A DNA stretch of 64,000 nt from a virus: the IMG/VR virus record IMGVR_UViG_3300037797_000117, positions 102,388 through 166,387 of that record. One strand, given 5' to 3'. Below the pieces are notes generated by a model. It saw only the letters and a list, made by a program, of their open reading frames with translations. It was not told the DNA's origin and ran no database searches. Shown piece after piece: positions 56,472 to 64,000 of the stretch (its first letter is position 1; each line of letters begins with the position of its first letter). The position numbers were made by a program, and so were the translations under genes.

Positions 56472-56650
56472 GGCGGTAAGTCCTCTCACGCAGTGTGTCG
56501 GTCGTGCACGTTCTCGGGGTTGTGGCGGTTGGTGTCGCCCGGGAGGGCATGGACCCGCACAGCCGGGGAAGCTGTGCAGGCCCATGCGCCCACCGGATCA
56601 GGCGCTGGAGTTGGGGTGTAGCTCGGGATTCAGGTCGCGGATATCGGTGC

Positions 56651-57364
56651 TCATGCGTGGGCCTCCGTGGGCTTGTAGGCGCGGATCCAGCCGGCGACGA
56701 TGGCCTCAGTGTCACCCGCGTAATCGCCGTATTCGGTGGTGCCGTCGGACAGGCGTACCGCAAGCGAGCTTTCCGGGCCGCACGCGCCGTCCGCGTTGAG
56801 CGCGCTGTTCAGCGCGTCAAGGTTCTCGTCAATCTCGATCGTGTCGGTGCTGCCGTCCGCGAACGTGACCGTTGCCGTGTCGTTGTCCAGGAACCAGCCG
56901 TTTTCGTAGTCGTACGCGGAGAACACGACCGCGACCGGGGCCGGGTCGGCCGGGTCGAACTTCTGTGCCGCAATGGCCTTTCGGGCCGTGTCGGCTATGA
57001 CCTGGTCGGCGGCTACGTGCGTGGCGCGGCGAACGTGGGAGCTGACCGTGTCTAGGCCGTAGGCGTAGACCAGGCCGGCAACCGCGTCGGCCGCGTCGTC
57101 CGGGCCGTAGATCGTGCCGGCGGTGATGGTGGCGAGGTCGCGCAGCACCGGCCACGTCACCACGATCCCCTGGGCCAGTCCCGGGGCTGCTTGCCGCATC
57201 GATTCGTGGATGTCCGCCACGGCCTCGGCCTCACCGGCCAGGCCGTACTCTGCGGCCCAGGCGGCCGGGTCGATCTCGACCGTGACCGGAATGGTGATCT
57301 TCACGTGTGCTCCCTTGGGTATGCGCGTGGCGGTTGCGTCGTCGGTGGGAAGGGTGCGGGTCAT
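56651..57364 (-). CDS. acidic hypothetical protein
   Basis: GGAG RBS after promoter repeat. Confidence 0.7.
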   Translation of the reverse strand: MTRTLPTDDATATRIPKGAHVKITIPVTVEIDPAAWAAEYGLAGEAEAVADIHESMRQAAPGLAQGIVVTWPVLRDLATITAGTIYGPDDAADAVAGLVYAYGLDTVSSHVRRATHVAADQVIADTARKAIAAQKFDPADPAPVAVVFSAYDYENGWFLDNDTATVTFADGSTDTIEIDENLDALNSALNADGACGPESSLAVRLSDGTTEYGDYAGDTEAIVAGWIRAYKPTEAHA

Positions 57365-57461
57365 GGGCTGACTCCGTTCGTGTGGCGGTGACTGACTCAA
57401 TGGTATCACGGGTGGACCAGAGCGGGGGGCCCGGCATCATGCGCCGGGCGGGAACCGGCTC

Positions 57462-57707
57462 TCACCCCGATTTGCGTTCAGAACTCGTTGCTCTTGCCAG
57501 TGCTGCCCGGGCCTGCTCCTTGGTAGCGCCGGTGCGGGCAACCACGGCGCGCACGTCGGCATCCCTTTCTCGGCGTGCCACTTCCGCACGGAGCCAGGCG
57601 GCAACTCGGACCGCCGCAGCGTTGTTGCCGTCGTCGTCCTGACCCTCGTAGCAGTCGAGCCAGGTGGCGGCGAACTCTAGGTCGTCGGTGGTGACTCTGC
57701 TGGTCAT
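57462..57707 (-). CDS. small hypothetical protein
   Basis: GGGAG RBS after promoter repeat; starts MTSRVTT. Confidence 0.65.
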   Translation of the reverse strand: MTSRVTTDDLEFAATWLDCYEGQDDDGNNAAAVRVAAWLRAEVARRERDADVRAVVARTGATKEQARAALARATSSERKSG

Positions 57708-57790
57708 CTTTACTCCCGAACGTGTGGCGGTGACTGACTCGATGGTATCACGGTGGGCCGGGGATGTCCGGCCCACCGTGGCACCGGGGG

Positions 57791-59767
57791 CTACGCGTCG
57801 GCCAGGTCCCCCCACCCGGACAGGAACGGCTCCGCGTCCGGCGCCGGATCCGTGATGTCGACGCGTGACACGTGCGCCACGATCACGGGGCGGCCGTCGG
57901 TGGCGCTCTTGACCACCGTCGACCCGTTGTCAGGCTCGACCGGGGCGACCGGGTCGGCGGCCGGCTCGACGTCGGCGACCGGGGCGGCCGGGGCCGGGTC
58001 GGTCAGCGTGACGTACTCACGCAAGGTGCGCCTTACGGTGCCGTCGGAAAGGCGAACCCGGATCATGCCCGGTTCAAAAGCAACGTCACCGACCACGGTC
58101 ACGGGCTGAATGCGGAACGGCACGCGGGTAGCGCCCATACGGCCGTAGTCGCTTGAAAGCGGTTCGTTCAACACGGCGGCCGGCTCGACCACGTCGGCGA
58201 CCGGGGCGGCCGGCTCGACGTCGACCCGGGTCACGTGCGCCACGATCACGGGTTGCCCGGAGCCGGCTACCCCGATGACGGCTCCGCCGTTGCTACCCTC
58301 GGCCACCTTGCCGGCCAGCTTGCCAACCCGGGCGGTCGTGCCCGGCTTGCCGGCGGGCACGATCGGGGCGGACATGACGTACCCACCCGCAGCCGGCTCC
58401 GGCATCCCCGGGGGAATCGGGCCGTTGTGCGGCTCCAGCACAACATCGATCGGCACGTCGCGCACGGTCACCCGGGAATCGCTGCGCGGGTACAACTCGA
58501 CGTCGACCCCGCGCGCGGTACGCAACTTGACCGCGATCCGTTCGCGGGGAAACGACACGTCGCCGCCGAGGTCGCCGACCGGTTCCGGATCGGCCATGAC
58601 ACGACCGGTCATGGTGAACGTCCACCCCCGGTAGTCGACACCGTTCACGGTCGCCCACAGGCCTGCGCACAGGTCCATCGGGTACACGACCGGCCCGTCG
58701 TCGGCGGTCGGGTCGGCATCGGCGACGTCCGTCCAGTACGCCGCGACGTCGCGGAGCGCGGCCGTGTGCGCGTCGGCGTTGCTGGTGTAGCACTCCAGGC
58801 ACATCGCGACCGACGGCCCGGCGTGCCCGGTGTCGGCAGCGTCGATGGTGGACGCCTCCCACACGTTGGCGTCGTGTCGGTCGTCGTGGTCCCACACGAT
58901 GCGGGCGCATCCGTAGCAGGTGCCGGCGTAGCGGATGACACGCGGGCGTGACCCGCCTGACCGGTCGTCGTACTCCTGAACGGGCATGGTGAGCGCACCG
59001 GACGCGGTCACGTGCGGGTACCCGGGAACCGCGACCGGCACCCCGGCGGCCGGGTTGTGCAGCCACAACGGCAACCCGTCCGGGCGGGCCGGCATCGGCG
59101 TACGTACGGTCAGGACGCCCGCGCTGGTGCCCGTACCCGACTCCTTGAACGGCTGGCCGGGGAGCTTGTCAAACGTTGCACCGTTCGACTCAGCCCAGGT
59201 GCGGAAGTCGCGGTGTTTCCGGTCGCTGCGGAATTCGTACGACGGCGGCACGATCGAGACGAGTACCGCACCCGGCCGTAGCAGGTCCCACGCGCCGCGC
59301 ACGTGGCCCATCCACACCAGGTCACGTGTCGAGTCGCCAAACGGTGGGTTCATGATGACCGCGTCGAACGGCTCACCCATCGCCACCTGGTCCGCGTCGC
59401 TCATGCCGGGCGCGCGACACGATTCGATGTAGTCCGTGAACTGCTCGAACGTGCCCCGGTACACGGTTACCCGGCCCGGGTACTCCACGTCGAGGGCGTC
59501 GAGGGCGTCCGCGCGTTCCCCGTTGGGCTCGACCGCGACCACGTGCACGTCCGCGTCGTTTTCCAGGATGGCGCGCACGATCGCGCCGTCGCCGGCCGAC
59601 GGTTCCAACACCCGCGCGCCGGGCGGGAACGCACCCATGTCGCGGTGCCCGGACACCAGGTCATCCGCCAGCGCGGCGGGGGTACGGACGAATCCATCCA
59701 TGGCACGGGCGGCGGCGTCACGGTGCGTTTGCGTACGCTTGCGGATCATCTCAGCGCGCTTGCTCAT
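57791..59767 (-). CDS. N6-adenine-type DNA methyltransferase with long C-terminal extension, ending PFLSGWGDLADA
   Basis: FVRTP..LA, VLEPSAGDG, VIMNPPF, FKESGT; GAAAGG RBS. Confidence 0.85.
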   Translation of the reverse strand: MSKRAEMIRKRTQTHRDAAARAMDGFVRTPAALADDLVSGHRDMGAFPPGARVLEPSAGDGAIVRAILENDADVHVVAVEPNGERADALDALDVEYPGRVTVYRGTFEQFTDYIESCRAPGMSDADQVAMGEPFDAVIMNPPFGDSTRDLVWMGHVRGAWDLLRPGAVLVSIVPPSYEFRSDRKHRDFRTWAESNGATFDKLPGQPFKESGTGTSAGVLTVRTPMPARPDGLPLWLHNPAAGVPVAVPGYPHVTASGALTMPVQEYDDRSGGSRPRVIRYAGTCYGCARIVWDHDDRHDANVWEASTIDAADTGHAGPSVAMCLECYTSNADAHTAALRDVAAYWTDVADADPTADDGPVVYPMDLCAGLWATVNGVDYRGWTFTMTGRVMADPEPVGDLGGDVSFPRERIAVKLRTARGVDVELYPRSDSRVTVRDVPIDVVLEPHNGPIPPGMPEPAAGGYVMSAPIVPAGKPGTTARVGKLAGKVAEGSNGGAVIGVAGSGQPVIVAHVTRVDVEPAAPVADVVEPAAVLNEPLSSDYGRMGATRVPFRIQPVTVVGDVAFEPGMIRVRLSDGTVRRTLREYVTLTDPAPAAPVADVEPAADPVAPVEPDNGSTVVKSATDGRPVIVAHVSRVDITDPAPDAEPFLSGWGDLADA

Positions 59768-59894
59768 GATCGGAACCTTTCGGGTAAACGAGCGATGCGG
59801 GGTGTTTGGGGAAGGACGCGGGCGCCTGGTCCGGCGCCGCACGGCGGGCGGCCAACACGCGGGGGGTGCTGACCGGCCACCGTACGGCGCGGGG

Positions 59895-60551
59895 TCAGAC
59901 AGCGTCGGGCGGGGAAACGGCGTAGTCCGCTTGGTTGTCGCTGGCCCACTGGTGCCAGTCATCCCGGCCGGCGTCCATTGCGGCGCGGGCGGCGCGTTGC
60001 CACGCCGCGTACCGGTAGAAGTCGTCCGGCCCGTACTGGCCGTGTCCGATGTTCCGGCCGGCTTCCAGGTACGCGGCACCGCCGTGCACGCTGGCGTCGT
60101 CGTGCCAATCGGTGGACGCCTGCGCCAAGTGGTGGCGGGCGCTGGCCTCGGCCTCGGCCCAATCGGCGGCCGACTCATAGCTGTGGCTGACGTGCCCGTC
60201 CGGCCAGGCAACTTGTTGGTGCCAGGAGGGGCCCGTATCCGGGTGGTTCGTGGCAGAGAGCGCGACCACCGCGACGAATCCCCGGAACGTGAGGACGGAC
60301 GGCGCGCGGTACCCGGTCAGGAACGATTCAAGACCGTCGGTGAGCGCGGCCAGTGCGGCTTTCTCGCTGGCCGCTTCCGCGTGCCAGTACGAATCGCCGG
60401 AGGCGTCCGGGGCCAGCGTGACGACGGCGGTCCAGCCGGCGCCGCGTTGCCAGCCGCGTGATGTGTGGACGGGCAGGGGGACGCGGATCGCGGTATCTTT
60501 GTTGATCGTTTCTCGCATGACAACTCCCGGGTTTGTGGCGGTCACTGACAC
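59895..60551 (-). CDS. hypothetical protein (start uncertain)
   Basis: Follows promoter repeat; YAAWQRAARAA. Confidence 0.65.
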   Translation of the reverse strand: MSVTATNPGVVMRETINKDTAIRVPLPVHTSRGWQRGAGWTAVVTLAPDASGDSYWHAEAASEKAALAALTDGLESFLTGYRAPSVLTFRGFVAVVALSATNHPDTGPSWHQQVAWPDGHVSHSYESAADWAEAEASARHHLAQASTDWHDDASVHGGAAYLEAGRNIGHGQYGPDDFYRYAAWQRAARAAMDAGRDDWHQWASDNQADYAVSPPDAV

Positions 60552-60843
60552 GAGTGTATCAGGCGGTGGCTACCGCCGGGGCTGGACACGGCCGATGACA
60601 ACCGACTCACCGGCCCGCAGAACAACGGGACGGGCAGGCGGCGCGGTCGGTGCAGGCGGTGCGGTGCGCGCGCGGTCCGGGCGGGTGTAGTCGATGCGGG
60701 TAGCGGGCGTGCGGGCCGGGTGCGTGTAATCGATCACGGCGGATCCTCTCGAACATGGGGGAACGTACGCGCGGCGGGCCGGGTGCCCGGCCGTGCACGG
60801 CGACCGGCCGACGACGTCGGCAAGCCACCGTGCACGGCCGGTA

Positions 60844-61473
60844 TCACCAGCCGGACACGAACGCGGCGGGCGCGGCCACCTGGTCGACGGGGGCGGCGTA
60901 CGGGTCACACAAGCGCTCAACGGGGTACACCGGCTCCGACGGGTCCGCCCCGGCCAGTACCGCCGCGTACGCGGCCAGGTAGCGGGCTGCGCGGGCGTTG
61001 TCGCCCCACCGGTCGGCCGTCCGGGCGTACCGGGCGGCGCATTCCGTCTCGTCACGCTCCCGGGCCGCCCGCGCGTCCATGTCGGTGGCGACCCCGTACG
61101 CCAGCCGGTACGCGGCCAGCACGCGGGCGTGCCGTAGCCGGCCGGCGTCGTTGTCGGCGTCACCGCCGATGCCGCGCCCGGACATGTGCTGCCACGCGGT
61201 GGCCGGGGTACGGCCCGCGCTGGCGGGCGGGCCGGCAAGCTCACGGCGGACAGCGCACGTCAGCCGTTCAACGGTGTGCGGGTTACCCATGAGAATCGCG
61301 GTACCGCGCCCGCCGTGCGGGTGCGGGAACGTCCAGTGCGCGCCGAACGGGCGGTACAGGGTCAGTTGGTGGGCGACGCCGTCAACGGTGATCACCGGGT
61401 TGGCGGTGGGCCGTTCCCCCGTTTCCGGGTGCTGGCCGTTGCAGTCGATGCAGTGGCGGGTGCGGGTACTCAT
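60844..61473 (-). CDS. hypothetical protein ending AFVSGW
   Basis: GGAG RBS; CIDC. Confidence 0.7.
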   Translation of the reverse strand: MSTRTRHCIDCNGQHPETGERPTANPVITVDGVAHQLTLYRPFGAHWTFPHPHGGRGTAILMGNPHTVERLTCAVRRELAGPPASAGRTPATAWQHMSGRGIGGDADNDAGRLRHARVLAAYRLAYGVATDMDARAARERDETECAARYARTADRWGDNARAARYLAAYAAVLAGADPSEPVYPVERLCDPYAAPVDQVAAPAAFVSGW

Positions 61474-61508
61474 GACGGGGGCTCCGTTCGGTAAAGGTGT
61501 GGCCGGTT

Positions 61509-62021
61509 TCAGGCGGTGCAGTGTTGCCAGCCGCGCGTCTCGCGAGCGTCCTGGCACGTGACGCAGTCCAGAAAGTGCCGACGGGCACTGATCCGTGCCA
61601 CCTGGTCACGGTTGCGGATGATGCCGGGGCCGAGTCGTGCCGAGTCGTGCCGGCCGGTCGCTGCGTGCTCTCCCCGGATGCACCAGTCGGCGCCGGTGGC
61701 GAGGGTGGATGCGAACCCCAACCAGTCGAGGTCGCCGGTGAACGGGCATTCGGCGGTGATGGACCACCACCACGCGCCGTCGTGATCGGTGAATCGGGCG
61801 GTGCCGATGCGTTGCCCGTCGGACGGGCGGATGATCGCAAAATCGTCGGTCCCGAAGGTCAGGTACCGGATGCGGGCAACATGCAGGCGGGAACGTTGGC
61901 CGGACGGGCCGGCGTGCACGGTCAGATAGAGGTCGGCGTGTCCCTCGCCTGCGGTAACCAGGTGTCGAATCTTGGCGCCGTTGGCGCGGGGGTCATCGGT
62001 GACGGGGGCGGTGGTGGTCAT
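61509..62021 (-). CDS. hypothetical protein
   Basis: GGAG RBS after promoter repeat. Confidence 0.65.
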   Translation of the reverse strand: MTTTAPVTDDPRANGAKIRHLVTAGEGHADLYLTVHAGPSGQRSRLHVARIRYLTFGTDDFAIIRPSDGQRIGTARFTDHDGAWWWSITAECPFTGDLDWLGFASTLATGADWCIRGEHAATGRHDSARLGPGIIRNRDQVARISARRHFLDCVTCQDARETRGWQHCTA

Positions 62022-62098
62022 CGGGCTACTCCAATCGATTGTGGCGGTCACTGACACACTATCACGGGGTGCCGGGCACGACACCCCGTGATCACTAC

Positions 62099-63112
62099 CT
62101 ACGCGGCACCCCACCCGGAAACGAACGCCGGAACCTCGGCGACCGGAACGGGCGCGGGGGTCATGCTCTCCGGCACCTCGAAAACCGGCGTCGCACCCCG
62201 GTCAATACCCAACTTTTCGGCACACCGTGGCCCGATACCGGCGGCGATACTCGTCTCTTCGGTGAGGGTGCGGCCGCACCTGAAACACACCCCGTACAGC
62301 CGTCCCAACGTCGCCGCATCCTCGGCCGACAATTCATCGGCCGGGGTGAGCCGTCCGTACACGCCTGCCGCCCGCTCCCACCGGATGCACGCCGGGGTGA
62401 CCAGGTTGCCCGTCGTGTCGCGGGTGGCCTCGGTCACGACCTCGGCACGCTTGGCGTACAGGTGCCCGCTTCCGTGCACGGCGCGGACAACGCGGTAGAT
62501 GACTCCGTCCCGCCGGTACGTGCCCTCACCGACGCCGGCCGGGCGCGTGGCGCGCGGCGCGGGCGGGATCGCTTTCAATTCTTCGATCAGTGCCGACGCG
62601 GCGGTACGGGTGAGCGGGTCCGGCATCGTACGGGACGGGTCACGGCTGGCAATCAGCGACGCAACGTAGGACCGTTGCGGACCGGTCGCCGGCTCCATGT
62701 CCGGCTGGTGCTGGTCGGCCGGTAGTTCCGGGCAGGCAAGGAGCCGATCGATAAGGTCCGACGCACCCCGGAACGACATGCAGGCCACGTTCTCGCTGCC
62801 GGGAAGGCGTACCAGGCGGGTAAGGTCGCGCTCCCTCATGAGACCGCGAATCTTGCCAACTTGCGCGCGGCTGGCCTGCCGGACGATGCCGCGCCCGCTA
62901 CGGGCGCCCGGGGTGGCGTACCGGGTGCGTTGCGCGCCGACCGTTTCGCCGTTGCGGCCGTCGTCGTACTTGCGCGGGTCGATTCCTTGGCTCACGAGTG
63001 CCGCGTCAAAATCGGCAGCGACGCACGGCCCGCACATGCATTCGGCGTCGTGCCCGGCGGGGGCGGTACGGGCGGCGTAGGCAACGGATGCGGTACGGGT
63101 GGCGGTGGTCAT
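62099..63112 (-). CDS. DUF6011-domain protein ending AFVSGWGAA
   Basis: CFRCGRTLTEETSIAAGIGPRCA; repeated AT..Q...I..L / AS.LI..L modules. Confidence 0.8.
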   Translation of the reverse strand: MTTATRTASVAYAARTAPAGHDAECMCGPCVAADFDAALVSQGIDPRKYDDGRNGETVGAQRTRYATPGARSGRGIVRQASRAQVGKIRGLMRERDLTRLVRLPGSENVACMSFRGASDLIDRLLACPELPADQHQPDMEPATGPQRSYVASLIASRDPSRTMPDPLTRTAASALIEELKAIPPAPRATRPAGVGEGTYRRDGVIYRVVRAVHGSGHLYAKRAEVVTEATRDTTGNLVTPACIRWERAAGVYGRLTPADELSAEDAATLGRLYGVCFRCGRTLTEETSIAAGIGPRCAEKLGIDRGATPVFEVPESMTPAPVPVAEVPAFVSGWGAA

Positions 63113-63346
63113 GGCGGCATCTCCGATCGGTTCGTGGTGGTCACTGCCACAATAGCGCGGGGTGTCAACCCTTGACACCCCGCGCTATCGGATGGGGCTA
63201 CGCCCGGCGGACGTCGACGGGGACGGGCAGGATGCGGGCGGCCAATCGCTCCGCAACGAGGGAACGGCGGGCAAGGCTGGCGACCAGGCGGATAACGAGC
63301 GCGGTCATGGCGGGGCTCCTAACGGGACGGTTCGTACGGGGACGGT

Positions 63347-63901
63347 TCAGAATTCCGGCGAGGGAAGCGGCGGGGCGAGGGTGACGCGGGCGGCACCCGA
63401 TAGGCCGTACACGCCAGCGGTCCGACCGAGCAGGCCGTCAACGTCGACGCGCAGATTGATTCGCATGCGGTACGACGCACGGTCGCCGGACGCGTTCACC
63501 AGGGGCGGGGCGTAGGTGGTGGCGTACACGGTGGCGGGCGTCCCGTCGGCGAGGATGATCCGAACGCCGGCCGGGGACGCGGCCACCATGTCCGGGAGCG
63601 TGTCGGCGGGTACGGTGTCCAACCATCCGACGGCCGCCAACGCTTCCGCGCGGGTGCCGCGCGGGGTGCCGGTAGCGGCGCCGCGCGGGGTAGCGGTCCA
63701 CACCAGACCCCAGCCGTCACGGGTGACCGACAGATCACCGATCACGGCGTTCGGGAGTGCGCCGTCGGTGGCGTACACGGTCCACGTTGCGACGGCGCCG
63801 CGCCGCTTCCACGGGGCGGGGCGGTCGGTTGCGATGGCGGCCCACGCGGGTGCGGTGTCGGTGGTCTGGTCGGTGGGCCGGGTGAGTGTGGCGGTGGTCA
63901 T
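63347..63901 (-). CDS. hypothetical protein
   Basis: GGAG RBS after promoter repeat. Confidence 0.65.
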   Translation of the reverse strand: MTTATLTRPTDQTTDTAPAWAAIATDRPAPWKRRGAVATWTVYATDGALPNAVIGDLSVTRDGWGLVWTATPRGAATGTPRGTRAEALAAVGWLDTVPADTLPDMVAASPAGVRIILADGTPATVYATTYAPPLVNASGDRASYRMRINLRVDVDGLLGRTAGVYGLSGAARVTLAPPLPSPEF

Positions 63902-64000
63902 GGTGTCGCTCCATTCAAGGTGTGGCGGTGACTGACACAAGGGTATCGGGGTGGTTCAAGACCCCCCGAGGTGCGGCGCGCGCTTGCGGCGCCGCACCTC

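Larger units (their letters stand above)
50181..63950 (-). repeat. dispersed ~30-bp promoter/leader repeat, 9 copies (50181, 54609, 55724, 57381, 57723, 60534, 62040, 63134, 63921)
   Basis: Minus-strand consensus TGATAnnnT-N(0-3)-GTCAGT(C/G)ACCGCCACA, each shortly before a start codon. Confidence 0.85.

Noticed and set aside
50181-63950. Repeats as a CRISPR array or integron attC sites
   Set aside because: Spacing is irregular (0.3-4.4 kb of whole genes), copies look like promoters, and no cas gene or integron integrase is present

Overview
GC-rich actinobacterial mobile replicon, probably a large phage or plasmid. No capsid, tail, terminase or conjugation genes are recognisable in this window. 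It has four zones. (1) 1-15.9 kb: small phage-type regulators and Zn-finger proteins, a BldC homologue, a DGQHR/ParB-like protein and a Cre-like tyrosine recombinase next to a dif-like site. (2) 15.9-37.3 kb: a + strand array of about 36 tRNA genes covering all 20 amino acids. It is mixed with tRNA-like RNAs whose anticodon loop is replaced by folded domains, long structured non-coding blocks, an RNA ligase, an IMPase-family phosphatase, HNH and PD-(D/E)XK endonucleases, dcd and surface proteins. (3) 37.3-45.6 kb: a GntR / secreted-peptide / GNAT-like / SAM-decarboxylase module, LPXTG proteins, tmk and thyX. (4) 45.6-64 kb: - strand gene cassettes fronted by a repeated extended -10 promoter plus GTCAGTCACCGCCACA leader. 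They encode DNA-modification enzymes (C5-MTase, DpdA/TGT-like, Mom-like, PAPS-reductase-like, N6-MTase) and hypotheticals, and seven otherwise unrelated proteins end in a shared (P/A/L)FVSxW(G) tail. All calls come from motif reading and manual folding; no database search was run.
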